Of a stretch of DNA of 32,083 nucleotides, positions 15,572 through 25,300 are shown in pieces. The notes beneath the pieces are model-generated. The model saw only the letters and a list, made by a program, of their open reading frames with translations. It did no database searches and had not been told where the DNA came from. The translations under genes were made by a program, and so were the position numbers. The first letter of the stretch is position 1. Every line of letters begins with the position of its first letter. The DNA comes from Minisyncoccota bacterium (GTDB lineage: Bacteria; Patescibacteriota; Minisyncoccia; Moranbacterales; GCA-2747515), in contig CALIRC010000010.1 in NCBI GenBank assembly GCA_938044295.1, forward strand, positions 1 to 32,083, given 5' to 3'.

Positions 15572-17530
15572 ATGCGTGTCAAAAGATTTCCCAACAATCC
15601 TATTCTTGGTCCAGATAGAGATCATCACTGGGAAGCGCAGGCAGTGTTCAATGGCTGTCCAGTAAAAGATGATGAGGGTAACTACCATTTGTTGTATAGA
15701 GCTCAGTCTTACGAACAAACACATCATGGTGTACTTATGGAGCTTTCGACAATCGGCCACACTAAGAGTGCAGATCATCGCAGCTTCAATGGAGAGCGCA
15801 CACAACTCATCTTTCCAGAAGAAGAATGGGAGAAATTTGGCTGTGAAGACCCGCGTGTGACAAAAATTGACGACACATATTACATCATCTATACAGCGCT
15901 CTCTGATTACCCACATTCACCAGATGGCATCAAACTCGGTGTGGCTGTAACGAAAGACTTCAAGACGATTGAAGCCAAACACCAGGTCACACATTTCAAC
16001 TCCAAGGCAATGGCACTATTTCCAGAAAAAATCGACGGAAAGTACTATGCAATTCTCACAATGAACACAGACAAGCCGCCAGTGCGCATTGCAGTAGCTG
16101 CATTTGATCGTATAGAACAGATGTGGAGTAAAGACTATTGGGATCAGTGGCTTGAAAGAATCGATGCCCACACAGTACATTTGCAGCGCTCTCTCGTCGA
16201 CCATATTGAAATAGGTGCGCCGCCAGTTAAAACAGACGAAGGCTGGCTCCTGATGTACTCATACATCAGAGGGTACAAAACTGATCATCCCATTTTTGGC
16301 ATCGACGCTGCTTTACTTAAAAAAGATGATCCTAGAAGAATTGTGGGTCGCACATCAAAACCAGTAATGACACCACAAGAAAGCTATGAATATCATGGCA
16401 TGGTACCAAATATCGTTTTTCCTTCTGGTCTGCTGAAAGAGGGGGATAACCTCCATCTTTTCTATGGTGCAGCTGATGATTCAGTTGCTGTCGCTGATCT
16501 GTCTTGTAAGGAAATTATTGAGAGGGTGCGACACAAGAAGTGTGAGGACTTTGTAGGAGATGGCGCATTGCCAGTGCAATTGGAGCGATTTGAAGGCAAT
16601 CCAATTATCGAGCCACAAGGGCATGGATGGGAATCTAAGTACACGCTGAACCCCACAGCAATCCGTGATGATGAAAAAACGTACATCCTCTACCGAGCAC
16701 AAGATGAAAATGACACATCATATGTAGGACTTGCTATTTGTCCAGATGGATTTCACATCGATGAAAAACTTTCCGAACCAATCTATATTCCTCGTGTGCC
16801 TGAAGAGGTACGACATGAGCCAGGATTTTCTGGCTGTGAAGACGCTCGCATTACACGCATGGGAGAGCGATTTTACTTGAACTACACTGCGTACAATGGG
16901 CATGATAATGCACGTGTCGCCTTTTCCTCCATCAGTGTAGACGATTTCCGTGCACGTAATTGGGATCAGTGGGACTTACCTCAGATTATTTCACCACCAG
17001 AAGAGTTTGACAAAAACTCCTGTCTTGTAGAAGAAAAAATAAACGGCAAGTACCTCTTCTTCCATCGTCTCAGAAACGACATCTGGATCGACTACGTTGA
17101 CTCACTAACATTTCCTGAAGGGAAATATTTAGGTGGTAAAATTCTCATGAGTCCACGTCCAGAAACATGGGATAGCATACGTATCGGCATTGCAGGACCA
17201 CCGATAAAAATAGACAAAGGTCATGGTGAAGGACTGTGGGTGCTGATCTATCACGCGATCTCAGAATATGATGGTATGTATCGTCTCGGTGCAGCATTGC
17301 TTGATCTTGAAAAAGGAGAAGTAGTATCACGTCTCGATTATCCAATTCTCACGCCAGAGGCAGACTACGAAAACAATGGCCTCAGACCAGGAACTGTCTT
17401 TTCTTGTGGGCAAGTAATCATCGACGAAACACTCTATGTCTACTACGGCGGGGCAGACCAAGTAACTTGCGCAGCGAGTATGGATTTCCAGTGTCTCGTA
17501 GACGCACTTAATGAAAAACGTCATAAGTAA
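15572..17530 (+). CDS. tandem double GH130-family glycosidase/phosphorylase
   Basis: Two complete motif sets: VFNG..LLYRA..GCEDPR..IVFPSG..FYGAAD and TLNPTA..ILYRA..GCEDAR..VFSCG..YYGGAD. Confidence 0.88.
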   Translation: MRVKRFPNNPILGPDRDHHWEAQAVFNGCPVKDDEGNYHLLYRAQSYEQTHHGVLMELSTIGHTKSADHRSFNGERTQLIFPEEEWEKFGCEDPRVTKIDDTYYIIYTALSDYPHSPDGIKLGVAVTKDFKTIEAKHQVTHFNSKAMALFPEKIDGKYYAILTMNTDKPPVRIAVAAFDRIEQMWSKDYWDQWLERIDAHTVHLQRSLVDHIEIGAPPVKTDEGWLLMYSYIRGYKTDHPIFGIDAALLKKDDPRRIVGRTSKPVMTPQESYEYHGMVPNIVFPSGLLKEGDNLHLFYGAADDSVAVADLSCKEIIERVRHKKCEDFVGDGALPVQLERFEGNPIIEPQGHGWESKYTLNPTAIRDDEKTYILYRAQDENDTSYVGLAICPDGFHIDEKLSEPIYIPRVPEEVRHEPGFSGCEDARITRMGERFYLNYTAYNGHDNARVAFSSISVDDFRARNWDQWDLPQIISPPEEFDKNSCLVEEKINGKYLFFHRLRNDIWIDYVDSLTFPEGKYLGGKILMSPRPETWDSIRIGIAGPPIKIDKGHGEGLWVLIYHAISEYDGMYRLGAALLDLEKGEVVSRLDYPILTPEADYENNGLRPGTVFSCGQVIIDETLYVYYGGADQVTCAASMDFQCLVDALNEKRHK

Positions 17531-17641
17531 AAGCAAAAATGCGAAAAAGAGTTTCTACAGTTTTTTTGCACAATACACTTAAGAAAATATGTAAAAAAAG
17601 ACAAAAGTATATCAAGAATTTCACAGATGAAAGTAAAGAAC

Positions 17642-17670
17642 TTTACAAAAGACTTTCTGTGCGTTAAGAT
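17642..17670 (+). promoter_or_regulatory. probable sigma70 promoter of typA, TTTACA-N17-TAAGAT
   Basis: tttaca aaagactttctgtgcgt taagat; implies a ~170-nt leader. Confidence 0.5.
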
Positions 17671-17849
17671 ATGACTATAGATAGGAGAATAAGTGCCGCG
17701 CACAGTGGTACTTTTTCTTTCTCATGGTAATCCTGATCTCCTGGAAGTTTTAAAATACTCCCTCAGAAAACGCAAAAAAGTTCATCGAGACTTGTAAAAA
17801 GACAGGAGTAATACAGGAAATTATCATCACTAACACGTATTACAAAAAA

Positions 17850-19622
17850 ATGGAAATAAGAAATGTTGCGATCATAGCACACGTAGATCATGGTAAGACG
17901 ACAATTACAGATGCTGTAATGAAGCAAACTGGAGCAGCTGCAGAAGAAGTCTCTATGGATTCAAATGATCTTGAAAAAGAGCGCGGTATCACAATCTACG
18001 CAAAAAACACTTCCGTGCGCTACAAAGACACCAAGATCAATATAGTCGACACTCCAGGGCATGCTGACTTTGGCTCAGAAGTAGAACGTGTTTTGCGATC
18101 GATCGACAGCGTTGTGCTCGTTGTAGATGCACAAGAGGGACCCATGCCACAGACGAGATTTGTACTGAAGAAGTCACTAGAGCTTGGGCACCATCCAATG
18201 GTTGTTATTAATAAGATCGACAAACCAGCAGCTCGGCTCGGCGAAGTAGAAGAAGAGATTTACGAATTGTTTCTCGATTTGGGAGCAACAGATGAACAAC
18301 TAGATTTTCCAACAATCTACGCTATAGGACGTGATGGCATAGCGAAGAACAAGCCACAAGACGACAGCGATTCTATGACACCGCTTCTCGATGCTATCCT
18401 CGACCATGTCGAACCAGCAAAAAATGACACCGAAGCACCGCTGCGTTTGCAACCTTTTTCACTTGCCTATGATAACTTCTTAGGAAGACTTGCAGTAGCA
18501 CGTGTCTATGAAGGAGTACTCAAGGTAGGTTCAGTCCACATCAAAACACCTGAAGGTGTTTTACGGAATGCAAAAGTAATCAAAATCTTTACGTTTGAAG
18601 GTGTGCAGCGTACAGAAGTAGATGAGGCACAAGCAGGTGACATCGTCATGTTTGCAGGAATCGAAAACATCGACATTGGTGAAACGGTATGTGCAGATCC
18701 ACAAGCACAACCACTCCCAGCAATTACTGTAGACGAACCCACAATCTCTCTGACATTCCTGGTCAATGATTCACCATTCGCTGGTCAAGAAGGAAAATTT
18801 GTCACCCGTGAACAAATTCGTGAACGATTGGAAAAGGAGCTAGAAGTTAACGTAGGATTGAGGGTGGATTTTGATTCATTTACCGTATATGGGCGAGGCG
18901 AGATGCACATCGCAGTGCTTCTTGAGAACATGCGCAGAGAGGGGTTTGAGCTTGCGGTCTCACAACCAAAAGTGATTATCAAAGACATCGATGGGGTAAA
19001 AAGCGAGCCATACGAAGAGTTGACGATCACAGTCCCTGAAGAACATTCAGGTGCCATCATCGAAAAACTAGGAAAGAGAAAAGGTGTGATGAGTGATATG
19101 AAACACGGAGCAGATGGTGTGCGAATGCTTTTTGAAATTCCTACACGAGGAGCCCTGGGTTACAGGAGTGAATTTGTTGTCGATACCAAAGGAGAGGGTA
19201 TTCTCTCAAGTCGATTCCTAGAATTTCGACAGCATGCCGGGGAGATTAAAAAGCGTGTCGTTGGATCGATGATCTCAGGAGAAACAGGAAAGGCTCTTGG
19301 ATTTTCTCTGGCCAACCTTCAGAGTCGTGGTACGCTCTATATCGGCCCATCTACACAGGTTTACGAAGGGCAGGTAATCGGCAACACAGCCAAAGGAGAA
19401 GAAATGACCGTCAATCCGATCAAAGGAAAGCAGCTAACCAACATGCGCGCTAGCGGTACAGATGAAAATATTTCTCTCACACCGCATATGGTCATGACAA
19501 TTGAAAAAGGCATGGAAGTCATGGTAGAGGATGAATATCTAGAAATCACACCACAGAGTGTACGTCTAAGAAAAATGGCACTTACAGAAAATGATCGTGT
19601 CAAAGCCTCGCGAAAGAAATAG
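17850..19622 (+). CDS. typA: ribosome-associated GTPase TypA/BipA
   Basis: [64 protein letters not shown]. Confidence 0.97.
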   Translation: MEIRNVAIIAHVDHGKTTITDAVMKQTGAAAEEVSMDSNDLEKERGITIYAKNTSVRYKDTKINIVDTPGHADFGSEVERVLRSIDSVVLVVDAQEGPMPQTRFVLKKSLELGHHPMVVINKIDKPAARLGEVEEEIYELFLDLGATDEQLDFPTIYAIGRDGIAKNKPQDDSDSMTPLLDAILDHVEPAKNDTEAPLRLQPFSLAYDNFLGRLAVARVYEGVLKVGSVHIKTPEGVLRNAKVIKIFTFEGVQRTEVDEAQAGDIVMFAGIENIDIGETVCADPQAQPLPAITVDEPTISLTFLVNDSPFAGQEGKFVTREQIRERLEKELEVNVGLRVDFDSFTVYGRGEMHIAVLLENMRREGFELAVSQPKVIIKDIDGVKSEPYEELTITVPEEHSGAIIEKLGKRKGVMSDMKHGADGVRMLFEIPTRGALGYRSEFVVDTKGEGILSSRFLEFRQHAGEIKKRVVGSMISGETGKALGFSLANLQSRGTLYIGPSTQVYEGQVIGNTAKGEEMTVNPIKGKQLTNMRASGTDENISLTPHMVMTIEKGMEVMVEDEYLEITPQSVRLRKMALTENDRVKASRKK

Positions 19623-19647
19623 TCAAATTGCAATGATGGGCTAAGCT

Positions 19648-19678
19648 GCAAAAAACATAGTAAAACCATGTTTTTTGC
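19648..19678 (+). terminator. typA terminator
   Basis: GCAAAAAACAT ... ATGTTTTTTGC. Confidence 0.65.
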
Positions 19679-19717
19679 TATACTTAAATAATTCATTTGA
19701 TTCACGTAAAAAAAGTA

Positions 19718-20461
19718 ATGTCATTGAAAATCGTCTCTTTAAATATAGAAAAGGACAGACATCTTGATCGCGTCATCCCATTTTTGAAACAAAAAGTAGA
19801 TGAGGGATATGAAGTATTTTGTCTGCAAGAGGTTTACAAAAGAGACTTAGCAAAACTAACAAAGGTAATCAGTGGTAAGAAATTTTTCTCGGAGTTTTTT
19901 CCAATGTGTAGATACACTGGAGAGCCACAAGAGGACTTAGATGAAGTGCAAGGCCTTGCTATGATCTACGTAAAACTACCATTTGCCATAGATAAGTTTC
20001 CATATTACAAAGATACGCCTGAACTGCCGCTGCATCCAAAAGGTTATGCACAGCTACACGCAGGAATAATTGTAAGCACATTTCGCACTGAAGGTATGAA
20101 TTTTCAGATTGCTACTACGCACTTTCCTGTTGCACCAAATGGGGCAACAGATGAACGTCAAAAAGAGGCCCTAAGAAAAATGCTTGCTAAACTATCAAAT
20201 ATTGAAGATTTAGTATTTTGTGGTGATTTCAATGCACCAAGAGGTAGAGAGGTTTTCACCAAAATAGCAAGTTTGTATAAAGACAACATCCCAGCAGAAG
20301 TGACGACAACAATCGATGGCAATTATCACAAGGCGGGAGATTTGCCCTACGTCGTTGATGGATTATTCACCACAGCGCACTATGATGTAGTGAATGTCGA
20401 GATCGTAGATGGCCTCAGTGATCATAAGGCGATCACTGCGGAAGTGACAAAATCAACTTGA
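19718..20461 (+). CDS. endonuclease/exonuclease/phosphatase (EEP) family protein
   Basis: SLNIE, CLQEV, TTHF, GDFNAP, VDGLF, SDH. Start placed at MSLK. Confidence 0.88.
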   Translation: MSLKIVSLNIEKDRHLDRVIPFLKQKVDEGYEVFCLQEVYKRDLAKLTKVISGKKFFSEFFPMCRYTGEPQEDLDEVQGLAMIYVKLPFAIDKFPYYKDTPELPLHPKGYAQLHAGIIVSTFRTEGMNFQIATTHFPVAPNGATDERQKEALRKMLAKLSNIEDLVFCGDFNAPRGREVFTKIASLYKDNIPAEVTTTIDGNYHKAGDLPYVVDGLFTTAHYDVVNVEIVDGLSDHKAITAEVTKST

Positions 20462-20490
20462 TCAAAAAATGCAGCAACTACAGCAATATA

Positions 20491-20617
20491 AGGACTTCCT
20501 CACTTTAGTGCAATGTGAGGTACAAATACTCCTTTTTCTCTAAGGCGTACTGATGACGTACGTCGTCAGAAAAAAGAGTGTTTATAAAAGGAGCAGTGTG
20601 CAAAGTGAGGAAGTCCT
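20491..20617. repeat. MITE/REPIN-like palindromic element, variant family
   Basis: Perfect 16-bp TIR AGGACTTCCTCACTTT/AAAGTGAGGAAGTCCT; inner CTCCTTTT/AAAAGGAG; central CTGATGACGTACGTCGTCAG hairpin. Confidence 0.75.
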
Positions 20618-20665
20618 AAGTATAAAAAGACGTCACATAGATTTGTATCTAGGTGACGTAATTGA

Positions 20666-21028
20666 TCACAAAGGCACTGATTTTTGTAAATATGCTTGCG
20701 GAAGTGTATTCACAAAATTTTCTAAGTCTAACCTGTGAACAGGAGATCCCTCTCTATTAATTGCTGATAGGCATAGACTGTAAAATGTGCTCTCAATCGT
20801 CAACAGCGACACGTAAAGATCATCTTCTACTAAGTAAGGCATATTTGCAAATTTTTTTTGCGCGGCTACTGTGAATCTGCGCAATTGCAAGTCATCTCCA
20901 GAAACGAAAAAAAAATCACCTCGCGCATCTGCTAAACAAGCGCTAATACTTTCCCACTCTTGTGGCCAGCTAGAATTTATGAAGGAAATAATCTTTGCTA
21001 CAAAAACCCATTTTGGCTGTGAAATCAT
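20666..21028 (-). CDS. hypothetical protein
   Basis: Start placed at MISQPKW after GAGG; TTGACA upstream at 21092-21097 (-). Confidence 0.55.
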   Translation of the reverse strand: MISQPKWVFVAKIISFINSSWPQEWESISACLADARGDFFFVSGDDLQLRRFTVAAQKKFANMPYLVEDDLYVSLLTIESTFYSLCLSAINREGSPVHRLDLENFVNTLPQAYLQKSVPL

Positions 21029-21171
21029 GTAAACCTCAATAAAGAACTTGGGAGTATACCCACAATAGTAGATTATAGGAGAAATACACACTGTCAAGAT
21101 GATTAAAATTTTTTATTGACATGGCCTACACAGATGATAAGCTTCAAAAGTACAACAATGAGGAGTTAATT

Positions 21172-21963
21172 ATGTCTTCAAATAATGTAGTGGTAGCAAC
21201 CATGAATGCAGAAAAAGGAAGACTAGGAACTGCATTCATTGCAAATGCAAAAGATTTTTTACAAGAACATCCACTATGTGTCTTAGCATTGCAGGAAGTC
21301 TCTCCGGAAATATTACAAGAAATATGTCGTGAGCAAAATTGGCACATGAAGTTTGAAAAGCGGTGCACATTCAACGGCTTATACCGAGGAAAGCAATACC
21401 ATAATTTTAACCAAGGCATCGGGACAATTTCTACAAATCCAATCCTACACTGTGATGTCTATGCATACGACGAGTATATGCACCCAAAGCTAAATGATTT
21501 TGTGCAGACAGGGAAAGATGATGAAGATGTTGGGATATCGTCACTGTTACACACACAAATTGCATTTGCAAAAAAAAAGCTTGACATATTTAATACGCAT
21601 GGTATTTGGACTGCAAAAGGAGCATCTACAAAAAGGCAGGCTGCAGGTATTAAAAAAATGCTTAAATACCTTAAGAAGTTTAAGTCAGGGGTTGTTTTAG
21701 GTGATTTCAACATCACAAAATACCCACCAAACAAGACCGGTCTCCATGCAGCATATGTCCAGATCACTAAAGCAGGACTCAAAGACTGTCTTCCGGAAAA
21801 CATAACAACAACACTAAATGCAAAACATCATCGAAATGGTAAAAAAACAGATGATGTCATTGTAGACTACATGTTTCAGCTTGGAAATAGCAAGCAAATC
21901 ATGAATGTCCAGAGGATCCAAATACCATCGGATCACTATGGATTACGCGCAACCATTGAATAG
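21172..21963 (+). CDS. second EEP family protein
   Basis: TMNAE, ALQEV, NTHG, GDFN, VDYMF, SDHY. Start at MSSNN after GAGGAG; TTGACA promoter at 21116. Confidence 0.85.
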   Translation: MSSNNVVVATMNAEKGRLGTAFIANAKDFLQEHPLCVLALQEVSPEILQEICREQNWHMKFEKRCTFNGLYRGKQYHNFNQGIGTISTNPILHCDVYAYDEYMHPKLNDFVQTGKDDEDVGISSLLHTQIAFAKKKLDIFNTHGIWTAKGASTKRQAAGIKKMLKYLKKFKSGVVLGDFNITKYPPNKTGLHAAYVQITKAGLKDCLPENITTTLNAKHHRNGKKTDDVIVDYMFQLGNSKQIMNVQRIQIPSDHYGLRATIE

Positions 21964-21984
21964 ATAAAGAAAGATCTTCAAATA

Positions 21985-22018
21985 GAAGTACTACTAAATC
22001 AGTAGTACTTCCTTTTTT
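21985..22018 (+). terminator. intrinsic terminator
   Basis: GAAGTACTACT-aaatc-AGTAGTACTTC + cTTTTTT. Confidence 0.85.
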
Positions 22019-22032
22019 AAAGGAACAGTAGC

Positions 22033-22061
22033 TTGCATAAACGAAAGATCTAGGTTATACT
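22033..22061 (+). promoter_or_regulatory. sigma70 promoter for rpmG-rpmB, TTGCAT-N17-TATACT
   Basis: ttgcat aaacgaaagatctaggt tatact. Confidence 0.7.
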
Positions 22062-22096
22062 AGTCTCCACGTACAAAAATTATCTAATTTTAACTT

Positions 22097-22276
22097 ATGT
22101 CACAAGATAACCTAATACGTCTAGTCTCTACTGGAGATGAAGACGGCGTCGGAGAGGGTCATACGATCTGGGCGCACAAAAACACCAAAAAACTCCGCAC
22201 AGTAAAACTTGCATTGAAGAAATTCAATCCAATTGCTAAGAAGCATACAATCTACAAAGAAAAGCCAAAAAAGTAA
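22097..22276 (+). CDS. rpmG: 50S ribosomal protein L33 (Cys-free type)
   Basis: Hand translation MSQDNLIRLVSTGDEDGVGEGHTIWAHKNTKKLRTVKLALKKFNPIAKKHTIYKEKPKK shows the L33 signatures I.LVS..GH...KN...KL.LKKF.P...KH..YKE. Not in the ORF track. Confidence 0.9.
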   Translation: MSQDNLIRLVSTGDEDGVGEGHTIWAHKNTKKLRTVKLALKKFNPIAKKHTIYKEKPKK

Positions 22277-22368
22277 ATGAAGAATAAAGTGTTACAGAAA
22301 AAAGTGTTCTAAATAAAGGGCCTGTAGCAAATAAAATCTCAAACTCTAAATCGCAAATCTCCATCAAT

Positions 22369-22614
22369 ATGTCACGAAATTGCACCATAACCGGCAAAGG
22401 CACTGTGTCTGGACAAAATGTCTCGCATTCTCAAGTTAAAACAAAGCGAAAATTTAAGGCTAATATCCAGAACAAGCGCTTACTCAACCCAGCAACAGGT
22501 AAGATGATGCGCCTAAAAATTTCTACAGCTGGACTCAGAACACTTAAAAAATGGCAGGCAGCAGGGAAAAAGTATGACTTGCGAAAACTCATCAAAGACA
22601 GCAACAACAGCTAA
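22369..22614 (+). CDS. rpmB: 50S ribosomal protein L28
   Basis: MSRNCTITGKGTVSGQNVSHSQVKTKRKFKANIQ..LKISTAGLRTL. Confidence 0.95.
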   Translation: MSRNCTITGKGTVSGQNVSHSQVKTKRKFKANIQNKRLLNPATGKMMRLKISTAGLRTLKKWQAAGKKYDLRKLIKDSNNS

Positions 22615-22624
22615 GCTAAAGTGC

Positions 22625-22650
22625 AAAAACACCTAACCATGGTGTTTTTT
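22625..22650 (+). terminator. rpmB terminator
   Basis: AAAAACACC-taaccat-GGTGTTTTTT. Confidence 0.75.
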
Positions 22651-22776
22651 GTTAATATGTTCTATAACGATGGCATCAAAAAAGGTAAAGCAACAATTAT
22701 TTTTTACTGTCAATTGACGTAATTTTTCTCTGTGATAAAGTTGCACTATATACATTATTACATTAACCGTATCGCT

Positions 22777-24501
22777 ATGAAAAAAGCCCCTGCAAATCTA
22801 TTATTAGGGATAGCACTCCTGATTATACTACCTACAAGTACTCTAGCTGCCATAGAAAGCGAAACAGATACATCAAGTACGCTGTCAGACACACTGTCAG
22901 AGTTAGCTGAACTTGTAGAGCTGGTAGAAACAGTCGAAAAAAAAGTAGAAACAGCCATCGTAAGTCAGAAGGTAAATGACGAAAAAAAAATAGAAAAACA
23001 AGAGAGTACAATAGAGGTAATCAAACCAAAAATTACAGTAGCAGCGGAAGTAATCGGAGGAGATTTAGAAGTAGCACAATTACGTTTTTTTAGAAGCTAT
23101 TGCAATGTGCCTGGAGACAATACACCAGAAAACATTTTTGCAATCACGCAAGGCTCCGAAGTCATCGTGGACGCTTGCTACCAAGAAGGAATTGAAGATG
23201 GAGCATTTCAATCAATAACACCGATTAATACATTTTTCTTTGACGAAGAAAGTATCGAAGAAGAAAATGCAGGCTTTCTCGACGCCTCTAAATACAAAAA
23301 GACAGTAAGTGGTATAAATTGCGATCCATCAGGGACATATAATGTAACGGAAGGTAGTGGAGACACAAAACCATCTGACGCGTACTGTAAATTTACGTTC
23401 ACCCACATAGGAGATGATAAAAGTGAAATAGAAGAAGCTGAGGAGATAGAAGTGGAGGAGGTTGTGACAGAAAAAGAAAGTGCAGATGTACAGCAGGAAG
23501 AAAAAGAGACACTAGTAGAAACAGCTGAGGAAAATACTAAAGAAGACGCAGCGATATCAGAAAAAGAAGAAAGTGAAAAAACGCAAGAAGACGCTGAATC
23601 CTCAGTGCCAGTATTAGACAACGCATTAGCACCAACCAAGAAAATCGGGTCAGGCTACACACTAAAAGCTAGTATCAATGAGCTAGACGGCATGCTAAAA
23701 AGTATACCAGTCGACGCAGGATCTGTAGCAGATGTAGAAGTAACGATAACAAATGATAGTGGACCAGAGGATCTCGTGCTTTACATGTTCATAGCAAAAG
23801 TAAATGATCCTACAAATCCAGAAGATGAAGGTGTCTTTACAACAGATCATTACTTTGTAGATCAAAAGATAAAAACCGGCACATCAAAAACTTTTAATTT
23901 CCCATGGTTAAATGACGAAGAATCAGGATATTATCGCCTCTTTGCAGAAATTAAACGTATAGACTGGAGTGGTGAACCACTACAGAAAGAGCAAATAGCA
24001 TTTATACACGTACCAGAATCATCGGAACCACAATCAGTAGGTGCAAAAACACACAGGTTTTGGAGTGATCTCTACAAAGGACATTTCTATACCATTTCAC
24101 AGGAAGAAGCACAGAGGATAAGAGAAAATGACAAAAATTGGATCTACGAAGGTGCTGGAGATAAGACGGTCATCATAGATACGATCGCATCAGAAAACAT
24201 TACTGCACTAGGTTTGTTACCTGTGTATAGATTTTGGAGCGAAACCTACAAACACCATTTTTATACAATGAGTAAGAGTGAAAAAGAATTAATTCAGGAA
24301 AAAGACGAGAATTGGGCATACGAACACATCGCATACTATGCATATAGTAAACAGCAGATGGATACCACGCCAGTCTACCGTTTTTACTCAGACGCGTATA
24401 AAGGACACTTTTACACATCATCACAAACAGAAAAAGAATCCTTAGAAGACAATGACAAAAACTGGACTTATGAAGGCATAGCCTGGTATGTTCAAAAATA
24501 A
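22777..24501 (+). CDS. exported/surface protein with acidic linker and three C-terminal DUF5648-like repeats
   Basis: Signal peptide MKKAPANLLLGIALLIILPTSTLA; three repeats of RF(W/Y)S..YK.HFYT.S..E.......D.NW.YE. Confidence 0.85.
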   Translation: MKKAPANLLLGIALLIILPTSTLAAIESETDTSSTLSDTLSELAELVELVETVEKKVETAIVSQKVNDEKKIEKQESTIEVIKPKITVAAEVIGGDLEVAQLRFFRSYCNVPGDNTPENIFAITQGSEVIVDACYQEGIEDGAFQSITPINTFFFDEESIEEENAGFLDASKYKKTVSGINCDPSGTYNVTEGSGDTKPSDAYCKFTFTHIGDDKSEIEEAEEIEVEEVVTEKESADVQQEEKETLVETAEENTKEDAAISEKEESEKTQEDAESSVPVLDNALAPTKKIGSGYTLKASINELDGMLKSIPVDAGSVADVEVTITNDSGPEDLVLYMFIAKVNDPTNPEDEGVFTTDHYFVDQKIKTGTSKTFNFPWLNDEESGYYRLFAEIKRIDWSGEPLQKEQIAFIHVPESSEPQSVGAKTHRFWSDLYKGHFYTISQEEAQRIRENDKNWIYEGAGDKTVIIDTIASENITALGLLPVYRFWSETYKHHFYTMSKSEKELIQEKDENWAYEHIAYYAYSKQQMDTTPVYRFYSDAYKGHFYTSSQTEKESLEDNDKNWTYEGIAWYVQK

Positions 24502-24517
24502 AGCAACATAAATACAT

Positions 24518-24549
24518 ATCAAAAATCCCTCTTGTAGGGATTTTTGATT
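24518..24549 (+). terminator. intrinsic terminator
   Basis: ATCAAAAATCCCT-cttgt-AGGGATTTTTGAT. Confidence 0.85.
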
Positions 24550-24578
24550 ATTGGCAATCATAATGCTACTATGGATGC

Positions 24579-25223
24579 ATGAAGAAGAAATACATTATAT
24601 GGATAGGGATCATTTGTGTCACAGCAATAATAATTGCAGGTACATGGTGGCTTTCTCGTGAGGTAGAGCGTGCCCAGATGACTGTGCATTATCATGCAAA
24701 TATAGCATTTTATATCAACGATAAACGACTCGACATAAGTAAGGATAAATACATGGAGGATATCGGCGCGTGCAAACCCGGAAATAAAAAGTCGCCTAGA
24801 GATCGCGTACACTTTCATGAGAACAATATGGATACAGTACACGTGCATGATGATGGGGTAACATGGGGTCACCTATTAAGTAATCTTGGCTTTAGTTTTT
24901 CTAAGCAAACGATCATATTTGACGATGGGCAAGTCATTGGTAACGATGAACATAAAAATTGGAAATTCGTATTAAATGGTCAGCAGGTGCCAAACCCATT
25001 TAACCTACAGATTCAGTCTCGCGACCGCCTTCTGATGAGTTACGGCAAAACAACGCAGGAAGAATTACAAAAGCAATTCGAAAACGTTTCACAAAATGCT
25101 GAGCAATACAACGGAAAATACGATCCAGGAATGTGTAAAGCTGATGAAAAACAAAATGTAGTCGTCAAGGCGATCATCGCATGGATGACAGAAAAAAAAC
25201 ATAAAAATCAAATGAATCATTAA
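24579..25223 (+). CDS. membrane-anchored hypothetical protein with His-rich motifs
   Basis: N-terminal TM; HYHAN, RVHFHE, VHVHDDGVTWGH. Confidence 0.8.
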   Translation: MKKKYIIWIGIICVTAIIIAGTWWLSREVERAQMTVHYHANIAFYINDKRLDISKDKYMEDIGACKPGNKKSPRDRVHFHENNMDTVHVHDDGVTWGHLLSNLGFSFSKQTIIFDDGQVIGNDEHKNWKFVLNGQQVPNPFNLQIQSRDRLLMSYGKTTQEELQKQFENVSQNAEQYNGKYDPGMCKADEKQNVVVKAIIAWMTEKKHKNQMNH

Positions 25224-25300
25224 CCAAGAAGGCTGTATCTTTTCAGGTGAAAATACAACATGAAAAGCAAAGATTGAAGAGGTATAGCACTATTAAAAAA

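Noticed and set aside
17628..17655. TGAAAG upstream of typA as a third ECF promoter
   Set aside because: There is no CGTA at 16-nt spacing.
17724..17827. SRP (4.5S) RNA or 6S RNA call for the rod-like stem before typA
   Set aside because: It lacks the SRP helix-8 GNRA/AGCAG motif, and it is shorter than a typical 6S RNA with no clear central bubble. Kept only as an unassigned leader.
2213..20617. CRISPR array or integron attC interpretation of the GGACTT repeats
   Set aside because: The copies are dispersed by kilobases rather than regularly spaced. They lack RYYYAAC/GTTRRRY ends, and there is no cas or integrase gene in the window.
20553..20738. 61-aa ORF on the + strand
   Set aside because: It starts inside the palindromic element and overlaps the convergent gene.
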